Source: an uncultured Bacteroidales bacterium
GTDB lineage: Bacteria > Bacteroidota > Bacteroidia > Bacteroidales > Paludibacteraceae
NCBI GenBank assembly: GCA_902774075.1
Contig: CACYGT010000001.1
Span: 7,820-71,819, forward strand
Length of the DNA: 64,000 nt
Direction of reading: 5' to 3'
The position numbers were made by a program, and so were the translations under genes. Within the stretch, counting starts at the first letter, position 1, and each line of letters begins with the position of its first letter. This document shows positions 34,100 to 42,279 of the stretch, piece by piece. Under the pieces are notes generated by a model. It had not been told where the DNA came from and ran no database searches. It saw only the letters and a list, made by a program, of their open reading frames with translations.

Positions 34100-35146
34100 A
34101 TGGATTTACATTGCGAAATGATGCTGGAGGAGTTCCAATCCGCGTTACCGGAATTGGAGCGTCTTCGGGAAGAGGTGCTGACCAAGCTGCGTGAGGCGTT
34201 GGAGCGCAACGAGATGCTGGTGACTACCATCGAAGGACGTGTGAAGACACAGAAATCGTTGGAAGGAAAGCTTGCGTTGAAGGGCGGTAAGTATGCCACA
34301 TTGAGTGACGTGACCGACCTGGTGGGCGCACGTATCGTGACCTTCTATACGGACGATGTGGACCGTATCGCCGCGATGGTGGAGCAGTTGTTTGAAGTGG
34401 ACTGGGACAACTCGGTGGACAAACGGATGTTGCACCAGTTGGACACGTTTGGCTACAACTCGTTGCATTATGTCTGTAAGTTACCCGGTTACAACTACCG
34501 GTTTGAGTTACAGTTACGCACGACCCTGCAGCACGCCTGGGCATCGATCAACCACGATATCGGTTACAAGACCGGCGTGGAGATCCCGCGCGAGTACCTG
34601 AGGCGTATCAACCGTCTGTCGGGACTGCTGGAGATGGCGGACGATGAGTTCAGCCGTATCCGTACGGAGATCACGGACTACCGTCGCCGCGTGCAGGCCT
34701 TGGTGCAAAACGGCAAGTTGGACGACGTGCAGTTAGACGGCGATACCTTCGGCAGTTACTTGCAGGTCCGCCCGTTCGACAGACTCAACAAACGTATTGC
34801 TGCCATCAACCAGGCGGAGATACAGGACGTGCCCCTGAGCCGCTATCTGAGAGTGTTCAAACTGTTGGACTGCAAGACGCTGGGCGATGTCGACCGCATA
34901 CGCAAGCAATATACGGAAGACGCCTACCTGCTGGCGCGGCATCAGTTGGGCAACACCGATCTGGATATCATCTCCTCAGCCGTGGGCGTGCAGAATATAT
35001 GCATCGTCTATATCCTGAATTCAGGAGGTGGCAAATTAGGTATCGTTCGTATGCTGGATGCTATCAACGGACATAATATTCAAAACGATGAACTGGCGGA
35101 GATGATCTATCGTCAGGCCGTCGCATTACCTTTTATCAAACAATAA
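34100..35146 (+). CDS. RelA/SpoT-domain nucleotide pyrophosphokinase (small alarmone synthetase-like) with a ~180-aa C-terminal extension
   Basis: 348 aa. Synthetase signatures: RVKTQKSLEGKL, DLVGARIVTFY, GYNSLHYVCKL, ELQLRTTLQHAWASINHDIGYK. Starts 2 nt after the STAS stop. Confidence 0.85.
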   Translation: MDLHCEMMLEEFQSALPELERLREEVLTKLREALERNEMLVTTIEGRVKTQKSLEGKLALKGGKYATLSDVTDLVGARIVTFYTDDVDRIAAMVEQLFEVDWDNSVDKRMLHQLDTFGYNSLHYVCKLPGYNYRFELQLRTTLQHAWASINHDIGYKTGVEIPREYLRRINRLSGLLEMADDEFSRIRTEITDYRRRVQALVQNGKLDDVQLDGDTFGSYLQVRPFDRLNKRIAAINQAEIQDVPLSRYLRVFKLLDCKTLGDVDRIRKQYTEDAYLLARHQLGNTDLDIISSAVGVQNICIVYILNSGGGKLGIVRMLDAINGHNIQNDELAEMIYRQAVALPFIKQ

Positions 35147-35150
35147 TACA

Positions 35151-35990
35151 ATGGAACCTATTCTAATTGATTTGAATGATTACGAGCGCACCGGTGAAGG
35201 AGCCAACGGCGCTAGTTATAACCACAAAACGGATAAGAACATCATGATGAAGATGTACTTCCGTAATTTCGAAGCGGCTAAACTGGAGTTGGAGGTAGCC
35301 CAAAAAGTGTATGCCTTGGGAATCCCGACACCGGAGCCGGGTGACCTGGTAACGGACGGAGAAAGAATGGGTATCCGTTTCCGCCGTATCGAGGGGAAGA
35401 AATCCTATTCCCGTGCCTGCGGAGATAATCCGGAGATGGCGCCTGAGTACGGACGTGAGTTTGCGCAACTGTGCAAGAAACTGCATTCTACCCATGTGGA
35501 TACTACGCAGTTTGAAAGCGTCAAGGACCGGTTATATAAAATGTTAGCCGACAATCCGGATTTTACGGCAGAGCAGAAACAGAAACTCCATGATTATATT
35601 GCCGCTGCGCCCGAAGTTGACACAGCGATACACGGTGACCTGCAGTTCGGAAACGGTATCTTCACCGAGAAAGACGGAGTCCGTACCCCTTATTTCATTG
35701 ACCTTGGTGATTTCTGCTACGGCTATCCGATGTTTGATATCGGCATGGTGTATCTGTGTTGCTGCCTGAATGATGAGGCATGGACAATGGAGGTCAACCA
35801 CATGACCAATGCTACCGCAGCGCGTTTCTGGGATGGTTTTGCGGAAGAATATTTCGGTCCGGACGCTGATATGGAGAAGGTGATGAAAGAGGTGAAGATC
35901 TATGCCGGTCTGAAAACGATTCTTATTGAGCGAGACACGCACTGTCCAATGCCGCAGTTCCGGGCGATGCTGGAAGGAACGATTTATTAA
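35151..35990 (+). CDS. APH/choline-kinase-fold phosphotransferase (eukaryotic-like kinase fold)
   Basis: 279 aa. Gly-rich loop GEGANGASY, catalytic HGDLQFGN, metal-binding FIDLGDF. Confidence 0.75.
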   Translation: MEPILIDLNDYERTGEGANGASYNHKTDKNIMMKMYFRNFEAAKLELEVAQKVYALGIPTPEPGDLVTDGERMGIRFRRIEGKKSYSRACGDNPEMAPEYGREFAQLCKKLHSTHVDTTQFESVKDRLYKMLADNPDFTAEQKQKLHDYIAAAPEVDTAIHGDLQFGNGIFTEKDGVRTPYFIDLGDFCYGYPMFDIGMVYLCCCLNDEAWTMEVNHMTNATAARFWDGFAEEYFGPDADMEKVMKEVKIYAGLKTILIERDTHCPMPQFRAMLEGTIY

Positions 35991-35996
35991 GGGATT

Positions 35997-36590
35997 ATGG
36001 CAAATAAATATTTAGATACCGACCTGCTGGACCGCGCGATCGTTTTTGCTGTCAAGGCGCACCATAACACGGAGCGTCGCGGCAAAGGTTTTCCGTATAT
36101 CGTGCATCCGATGGAGGCGGTGGAGATAGTCGCGAGCATCACACCGGACCAGGAACTGCTGGCTGCTGCGGCTTTGCATGACACGATCGAAGATACAGAC
36201 GTGACGGTGGAGCAAATACGTGCCGAGTTTGGCGAGCGTATTGCAGAGTTGGTGCATGCAGAGAGTGATCAGATTGACGGCGAAGTGTTCACGGGCGGCG
36301 GAAACGAAGAAGAGACCTGGCACGCACGCAAGCAAGCAGCCATAGACCGTTTGGCAGCTGCGCCACATGATGCGAAGATAGTGGCCATGGGCGACAAACT
36401 AAGCAATATGCGGGCTATCTGGCGCGACTATCAGATCAAGGGCGATGAACTATGGTCTATCTTCCACGCCAAAGACAAAGCATCCCACGAATGGCATTAC
36501 CGCGGTCTGGCAGCATCGTTAAGCGAGCTGAGCGATACGTTTGCGTTTCAGGAGTTCGTTCGCCTCATTGATGAGGTGTTTCCTAAATGA
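35997..36590 (+). CDS. HD-domain (p)ppGpp-hydrolase-like protein (small alarmone hydrolase, Mesh1/SpoT-type)
   Basis: 197 aa. AVKAHHNTERRGKGFPYIVHPMEAVEIV...AAALHDTIEDTDVT..FGERIAELVHAESD matches the SpoT/Mesh1 hydrolase HD signature. Confidence 0.8.
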   Translation: MANKYLDTDLLDRAIVFAVKAHHNTERRGKGFPYIVHPMEAVEIVASITPDQELLAAAALHDTIEDTDVTVEQIRAEFGERIAELVHAESDQIDGEVFTGGGNEEETWHARKQAAIDRLAAAPHDAKIVAMGDKLSNMRAIWRDYQIKGDELWSIFHAKDKASHEWHYRGLAASLSELSDTFAFQEFVRLIDEVFPK

Positions 36591-37390
36591 AGATCGTTTT
36601 CGATAAAATAGATAATGCCCGAGACTTGGGCGGTATTGTAGGAGCGGGAGGCCGAGCGATCCGTCCGCACAGGTTGCTTCGTACGGCCCATCTGCATGAC
36701 GCTACCGATGCCGACGTGGCACGACTCAAAGAAGAGTACCAACTCTGCCGTATCTTTGATTTTCGTTCGTTAGGGGAGTTTGAGGCGGTGCCGGACAGAG
36801 AGATAGAAGGTGTACAGCATCATCTGTTGCCTACTATCGACATGCGTGCCGAACAGCAGACCGGCAAACCGATACCGGATGAGGCTTTTCTGGAACTGGA
36901 CCGCCATATCGTTAACTATTCGTTCTATCCGGAAGTGCAGATGATGGCTGCGAATATGTACCCGTCCTTGATACAAAGCGAGTTCAGCCAGTTGCAGTAC
37001 GCCGCTTTCTTACGCTTGATCGTGGAAGCACCGGAAGACGGCGGTATCCTTTGGCATTGCGCACAAGGAAAAGACCGCACCGGTTGGGGTGCAGCCTTCC
37101 TGATGTTCGCTTTGGGAGTGGACAGAGAAACGATTATTACTGATTTCAACGAGAGTAATGAGGCTTATCTGCCGATCGTTACCAAACTGAATAACGATGT
37201 GATTGCCCGCGGAGGAGGAGAAGCGGAGATGGCCGTTATTCAGGCCTTTATGGGTGTCTCTACCCCTAACTTCATCTCCACGCTTGACCTCATTGACCGC
37301 AAGTACGGAGGCATGACGAATTACCTGTATGAGATACTCTGTCTCACGCATGACGATATCCAGTTGTTGCGAAAAAGATACTTGCAATAA
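36587..37390 (+). CDS. CX5R phosphatase of the bacterial tyrosine-phosphatase-like family (Y_phosphatase3-like)
   Basis: 267 aa. NARDLGG near the N-terminus, IFDFRS..E, active site HCAQGKDRTGW. ATGA overlap with the HD gene. Confidence 0.75.
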   Translation: MKIVFDKIDNARDLGGIVGAGGRAIRPHRLLRTAHLHDATDADVARLKEEYQLCRIFDFRSLGEFEAVPDREIEGVQHHLLPTIDMRAEQQTGKPIPDEAFLELDRHIVNYSFYPEVQMMAANMYPSLIQSEFSQLQYAAFLRLIVEAPEDGGILWHCAQGKDRTGWGAAFLMFALGVDRETIITDFNESNEAYLPIVTKLNNDVIARGGGEAEMAVIQAFMGVSTPNFISTLDLIDRKYGGMTNYLYEILCLTHDDIQLLRKRYLQ

Positions 37391-37396
37391 ACCTTC

Positions 37397-39472
37397 TTAG
37401 CCTACCTGACTGCCGTTCTTCACAGGCGCAGTCACCGTAGTCACTACCAACTTACCATCCGCATCTACCGCAGAGAGGATCATTCCCTGCGACTCGATAC
37501 CCATCATCTTACGTGGCGGGAAATTAGCAATGAAGAGCACCTGCTTGCCAACGAGTACCGACGGGTCCGGATAACTCTGTGCGATACCGCTCAAGATCGT
37601 TCGTTCGCCCATACCGTCGTCCAGTTTGAACTGCAGCAGGCGGTCGGATTTCTTGACGTTGGTGCACTCCAGCACGGCCGCTACGCGGATATCCGTCTTG
37701 TCAAACTCATCGATAGTGGTTGGGGCTTTGATAGGCTCGGGACGCCAGTTCTTGAGTGCCTCGGCTTGCGCTGCGGCTTCGTTCTCTTTCTTGATACGCT
37801 CGAGTTTGTCAAGTTGGGCCTGGATCGCCGCATCTTCGATCTTCTCAAAGAGCAGGCTGATCTCACCCAGTTGTTGGCCGGCAGCCAGCAGGTCGATACG
37901 ACCCAGATCATCCCATCCGATGCGGGCATCCAGTTGCAGCATATTGCGCAGTTTATGAGACGAGAACGGCAGGAAGGGCTCAAAAGCGACCGCCAGATTA
38001 GCCGCTATCTGAAGCGCCAAATGGAGTACGGTAGCCGTACGGTCCATATCCGTCTTGGCCAGTTTCCAAGGTTCGGTGTCGGCGAGGTATTTGTTACCGA
38101 TACGGGCAAGGTTCATTGCCTCCTTGAGGGCATCGCGGAAACGGAAATTCTCTATCAACTGCTCCAAGGTAGCCTTGACGTTCTTGAACTCTTCGATGGT
38201 CGCATTATCGTACTCGGTCAGTTCTCCGCACGCTGGTACGCGGCCTTCAAAATACTTACTCGTGAGCACGAGCGCACGGTTGACGAAATTACCGTAGATA
38301 GCCACCAACTCGTTGTTGTTACGCGCCTGGAAGTCCGCCCAGGTGAAGTCATTGTCTTTGGTCTCCGGAGCATTGGCGGTAAGCACATAACGCAGCACGT
38401 CTTGTTTGCCTGGGAAATCGTCGAGGTATTCATTGAGCCATACCGCCCAGTTGCGGGACGTGGAGATCTTGTCGCCCTCGAGGTTGAGAAACTCGTTGGA
38501 CGGCACATTGTCCGGCAAGTTGTATCCTTGCGCCTTGAGCATAGCGGGGAAGACGATGCAGTGGAAGACGATGTTATCTTTGCCGATGAAATGGAGCATT
38601 CTCGTATCTTCCTGCTTCCACCATTTCTCCCAGTTACCGAATTTCTCCGGCTCTTTCTCGCATAGCTCGATGGTGTTGGAGATATAGCCGATGGGGGCAT
38701 CGAACCACACGTACAGCACTTTCCCTTCCGCACCTTCTACCGGCACAGGAATACCCCACTCGAGGTCACGGGTCACGGCACGCGGCTTGAGTCCGCCGTC
38801 CAACCAGGACTTACACTGTCCATAGACGTTCGAGCGCCACTCTTTATGATTATTGAGGATCCAGTCCTCGAGCCATGCCTGGTATTGATCCAGCGGCAAG
38901 TACCAGTGTTTGGTGGCTTTCTTGGTCAGCGCATTTCCGGTCTCGGCGTTATAGGGGTTTATCAACTCATCCGGTGAGAGTGTTGCACCGCATTTCTCGC
39001 ACTGGTCGCCGTATGCGCCCAAGGAATGACAGCGCGGGCACTCGCCGCGGATGTTACGGTCGGTGAGGAAATGTCCGGTCTCGGGGTCATAGAACTGCTC
39101 CGAGGTCTCTTCTACGAACTGGCCGGCATCGTACATCTTACGGAAATAGTCCGAAGCGAACTTATGATGTATCTCAGACGTCGTACGAGAGTAGATATCG
39201 AAAGATACCCCGAAGTCCGCGAACGAGCGCTTAATCAGTTCGTGATAACGGTCCACAACCTGCTGGGTGGTGATCCCCTCTTTGCGGGCACGAATGGTCA
39301 CAGGAACACCGTGCTCGTCACTACCGCAAACGAATAATACTTCTTTACCTTTCAAACGCATGTAGCGGGCGTAGATGTCCGCCGGAACGTAAACTCCTGC
39401 CAGGTGACCGATATGCACCGGACCATTGGCATAGGGAAGAGCTGCTGTAATTAAAGTGCGATTAAATGCCAT
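37397..39472 (-). CDS. metG: Methionyl-tRNA synthetase
   Basis: 691 aa. HIGH-type motif ([14 protein letters not shown]), Zn knuckles CPRC..CEKCG, KISTS (KMSKS-type) motif, C-terminal tRNA-binding (EMAP-like) domain. Confidence 0.95.
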   Translation of the reverse strand: MAFNRTLITAALPYANGPVHIGHLAGVYVPADIYARYMRLKGKEVLFVCGSDEHGVPVTIRARKEGITTQQVVDRYHELIKRSFADFGVSFDIYSRTTSEIHHKFASDYFRKMYDAGQFVEETSEQFYDPETGHFLTDRNIRGECPRCHSLGAYGDQCEKCGATLSPDELINPYNAETGNALTKKATKHWYLPLDQYQAWLEDWILNNHKEWRSNVYGQCKSWLDGGLKPRAVTRDLEWGIPVPVEGAEGKVLYVWFDAPIGYISNTIELCEKEPEKFGNWEKWWKQEDTRMLHFIGKDNIVFHCIVFPAMLKAQGYNLPDNVPSNEFLNLEGDKISTSRNWAVWLNEYLDDFPGKQDVLRYVLTANAPETKDNDFTWADFQARNNNELVAIYGNFVNRALVLTSKYFEGRVPACGELTEYDNATIEEFKNVKATLEQLIENFRFRDALKEAMNLARIGNKYLADTEPWKLAKTDMDRTATVLHLALQIAANLAVAFEPFLPFSSHKLRNMLQLDARIGWDDLGRIDLLAAGQQLGEISLLFEKIEDAAIQAQLDKLERIKKENEAAAQAEALKNWRPEPIKAPTTIDEFDKTDIRVAAVLECTNVKKSDRLLQFKLDDGMGERTILSGIAQSYPDPSVLVGKQVLFIANFPPRKMMGIESQGMILSAVDADGKLVVTTVTAPVKNGSQVG

Positions 39473-39517
39473 ATTTTGTGTAAATTTTATTCTAAATTAT
39501 AAAAAATATCAAAAAAT

Positions 39518-39549
39518 TTTGCGTATATCAAAAAAAAGCAGTACTTTTG
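39518..39549 (+). promoter_or_regulatory. Sigma-A type promoter for the 39615 gene
   Basis: TTTGCGTAT at 39518-39526, A8 tract, TACTTTTG at 39542-39549. Confidence 0.6.
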
Positions 39550-39576
39550 TGGCGCTTTTTTAAGCGAAATCGGGTG

Positions 39577-39608
39577 CAAAGTTACAACAAAAAATCCGAA
39601 TACGCAAG
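39577..39608 (-). promoter_or_regulatory. Sigma-A type promoter for metG (minus strand), lying to the right of the + promoter
   Basis: Reverse complement reads CTTGCGTATTCGGATTTTTTGTTGTAACTTTG. The -7 box TAACTTTG is at 39577-39584. Confidence 0.6.
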
Positions 39609-39614
39609 AGAAAC

Positions 39615-40667
39615 GTGAAAAATACGAATATTTTTATAGTGTTTGCATTCGTACTCTGTTGTTCATGGAGTACGTTGGCAGCCCAGCAGAGAGCAGCCGC
39701 AGTGTCTAGTTATATAGGCGCTCAGGCTCAGGTAGGCGAATGGTCTTTATTACCTTCCGAGAGCAAATTCGGTCCGAGCGTCGGTGCGTCCGGAGGTGTG
39801 GGGTTTGTATATGAACTGCAGGTGGGTCGTACGTATCGTCCGACACGTTTCTTGTTGGATGTAGGTCTGAGCCTTGTCGGCGGACAGACGGCTTTTACGC
39901 AGAACGGCCTGGCGGTGGATACGCTCTTGAGAAATCAGGAAGATATATTATACAATCAGCAAGGTTGGAAGTTCGATTATGTGTACGAAAGGGCCTATCG
40001 TCGTGATGCGTACAACAACATCGCCTTACAGATCCCGGTGATGGTGGGTCTGCAGCATAAGAAGTTCTATATGCTCGCCGGCGTCAAGTTAGGCGCTAAC
40101 ATGTGGACCAAGACGAACTTAAGCGCTGTCTACAATACCTACGGTCAGTATGCAATGCTGGAGGGAGACGGAATTGTGCGGGACAACAAGCGATTCCAGT
40201 TTTTCGAGGGATATCAATTGGATACGGTCACGACGACCAATTTCAATATGAATGTAGATTTGAGTTTCGAGATTGGTTGCCGCCTCGGTGTAATAGCCAG
40301 CGAGACCGGCTACGATGTGCCGAAACGTAAGACCGAATGCCGCTTAGCGCTTTTCGCAGACTATGGCCTGACGGACATCCATAAAGCAGGAAAGAATAAG
40401 GCGCTGGAGATCCCGTCCAAATATGATACGGATCCGTTCTCTGATAATTATGTCTATGACAAGCAGAACATGGTGAACAGCCTCGTGCTGAACGACATCA
40501 TGTCCACTTCTAGTTTTGCGAATGCGGTAAAGAATCTGGTGGTAGGCGTGAAACTCACGATCCTCTTCCGCGCTCCGGAAAAAGGCAAGTGCGTGCTCTG
40601 TAATGAGGCTTACCGCAGCTCAGTCCTCCACTATCCCGGCGGAGGAGGAGTGCAGTACGAGGAATAA
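39615..40667 (+). CDS. Putative outer-membrane beta-barrel protein (350 aa)
   Basis: GTG start, then signal peptide KNTNIFIVFAFVLCCSWSTLAAQ. Alternating-hydrophobic strands rich in G/Y. The 3' end overlaps the convergent cdaA by 48 nt. Confidence 0.55.
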   Translation: MKNTNIFIVFAFVLCCSWSTLAAQQRAAAVSSYIGAQAQVGEWSLLPSESKFGPSVGASGGVGFVYELQVGRTYRPTRFLLDVGLSLVGGQTAFTQNGLAVDTLLRNQEDILYNQQGWKFDYVYERAYRRDAYNNIALQIPVMVGLQHKKFYMLAGVKLGANMWTKTNLSAVYNTYGQYAMLEGDGIVRDNKRFQFFEGYQLDTVTTTNFNMNVDLSFEIGCRLGVIASETGYDVPKRKTECRLALFADYGLTDIHKAGKNKALEIPSKYDTDPFSDNYVYDKQNMVNSLVLNDIMSTSSFANAVKNLVVGVKLTILFRAPEKGKCVLCNEAYRSSVLHYPGGGGVQYEE

Positions 40668-41405
40668 CTCGTCTTCCTTCACCTCTCGTATTTTCCCTTC
40701 AGCGGCCACAGATATATGACCGTTCTCTTCGGACACAACGATACAGGTTGCGTCCGTTTTTTCTGCAAGACCTAAGGCTGCGCGGTGACGCAGACCGTAA
40801 TGCTGCGGTATCGTCTGGTCTTTGCTGACCGGTAGTATACAAGCCGCAGCGATCATCTTTCCGTCACGAATGATCAGCGCGCCGTCGTGCAAGGGGGTGT
40901 TCTTGAAGAAGATGTTCTCGATCAGTCGTGCCGATACGTTGGCATCCAAGCGCTCGCCGGTATCCGCTATCTCCTTCAGACTTCCTCCTCCGGCCAACAC
41001 GATCAGTGCACCCGTCTTGGTGGAGGCCATATGACGGCAGGCCTGCGTGATCTCCAAGATCTGTTGACGCGCACGGGGGTCTTCTTCGGTCGTTCTCGGT
41101 TGGAAGATCTTCCAGGACGAGAAACGCGAACCGATACGGTAAAAGAACATACGTATCTCTTCTTGGAAGATGACGATCAGGGCGATTGCGCCGACAGATA
41201 TGATGCGGTCAAAGAGCGCGCCGGTAAGGTCCAGTTTGAACACAAACGAAACAAGGAACCATACAATGATAAACGCCAAGATACCCCAGAAGAGGTTGGA
41301 GGCACCTGTTCGCCGCAAGAGTCGATAGGTCTCATATAGAATAATAGCGACCAACAGGATATCTATCAGATCTTTGAATCCAAAGGAAAAAGCTAAGAGT
41401 TGCAT
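40620..41405 (-). CDS. cdaA: Diadenylate cyclase CdaA (c-di-AMP synthase)
   Basis: 261 aa. Three N-terminal TM helices and a DAC domain (GALIVLAGG, TPLHDGALIIRDGKMIAAACILPVS, GLRHRAALGLAEKTDATCIVVSEENG). Confidence 0.9.
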   Translation of the reverse strand: MQLLAFSFGFKDLIDILLVAIILYETYRLLRRTGASNLFWGILAFIIVWFLVSFVFKLDLTGALFDRIISVGAIALIVIFQEEIRMFFYRIGSRFSSWKIFQPRTTEEDPRARQQILEITQACRHMASTKTGALIVLAGGGSLKEIADTGERLDANVSARLIENIFFKNTPLHDGALIIRDGKMIAAACILPVSKDQTIPQHYGLRHRAALGLAEKTDATCIVVSEENGHISVAAEGKIREVKEDELFLVLHSSSAGIVED

Positions 41406-42094
41406 AAGTCAAATATTTTTATCGTTTGCCGCGTGGCGGCTACATCATGTGTTCGTAATATGGTTGCGCCGTGCTCCAAGGCATACATCTGCAGGGCTTG
41501 GGTGGCATTGAGACAGGTCTCCGGAGTCAAACCTAAAGGTTTGTACAGCATCGACTTGCGACTCACACCTACCAAGACAGGTCTATTGTATGCCTTTAAC
41601 TCGTCTATTCGCCTCAAGCACGCATAATCGGCCTCTACCCCACCGCAGAACCCGAGTCCCGGGTCCAGAATCCATTTCGCACTCTGTGTGACGTTTAGGA
41701 CATCCAGTTTCTCGTATCTCCCCCGGAAGGTCAATATATACGGAACGTCATAACGCTGTACCACCTCGTACATCTCGTCACATCCGCCGGATATGTCATT
41801 GATGATCAGGGGACCGAACTGTTCCAGCACGCGGCGGGCTATCTCCACTCGGAAAGTGTCCACGGACAAACAGGCATCTGGGAAGTTCTCTTTGATCGTA
41901 CGCAAAGCCGGCTCGAGACGACGCCACTCTTCCTCCTCGTCTACGGGGGTGCTACCGGGTCGGGTCGAGCAAGCGCCCATATCCAACATATCCGCTCCGT
42001 CCTCCAATGCCTGACGTGCCCACTCCAAGACCTTATCGTGCGTCAACCTCGATGCCGCATAAAAACTATCCGGCGTCACGTTCCCTATGGCCAT
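41393..42094 (-). CDS. folP: Dihydropteroate synthase
   Basis: MAIGNVTPDSFYAASR.., DMLDMGACSTRPGS, INDISGG. The start is set at the ATG at 42094. The ORF-track GTG at 42109 lies within 5 nt of the -7 box and would be upstream of the TSS. Confidence 0.85.
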   Translation of the reverse strand: MAIGNVTPDSFYAASRLTHDKVLEWARQALEDGADMLDMGACSTRPGSTPVDEEEEWRRLEPALRTIKENFPDACLSVDTFRVEIARRVLEQFGPLIINDISGGCDEMYEVVQRYDVPYILTFRGRYEKLDVLNVTQSAKWILDPGLGFCGGVEADYACLRRIDELKAYNRPVLVGVSRKSMLYKPLGLTPETCLNATQALQMYALEHGATILRTHDVAATRQTIKIFDLCNS

Positions 42095-42113
42095 TATTTG
42101 TGCTTTCACGGCA

Positions 42114-42121
42114 CAAAGGTA
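42114..42121 (-). promoter_or_regulatory. -7 box (TACCTTTG on the minus strand) for the folP-cdaA unit
   Basis: Reverse complement of CAAAGGTA. The -33 element is weak (TCGTCAT). Confidence 0.45.
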
Positions 42122-42191
42122 CTACATTTTTTGCAAAAAAATGACGATTTTGGGAGAAAAATACATTTTTTTGATTTTTTTTGCCAAAAAG

Positions 42192-42224
42192 TTTGGTGTG
42201 TTTGAGAAAAAAATAGTATCTTTG
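42192..42224 (+). promoter_or_regulatory. Sigma-A type promoter for the GldJ-like gene
   Basis: TTTG at 42192-42195, 21-nt spacer with A7, TATCTTTG at 42217-42224. Confidence 0.55.
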
Positions 42225-42279
42225 CAGGCTGAAACGTGTGTACGTTCGTGTATAGGAATTACAAATCAACAAAAAATAT

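Noticed and set aside
40620-40667. A 48-nt convergent overlap of the barrel-like gene and cdaA. Similar overlaps occur at 45138..45187 and 59441..59459.
   Set aside because: 3'-3' overlaps of this size are common in compact genomes. Both reading frames have plausible ends, and no hairpin or additional signal was seen.
42095-42109. The GTG start for folP at 42109.
   Set aside because: It lies 5 nt from the -7 box (42114-42121) and so would be upstream of the predicted TSS. The ATG at 42094 gives the canonical MAIGNVTPDSF N-terminus.
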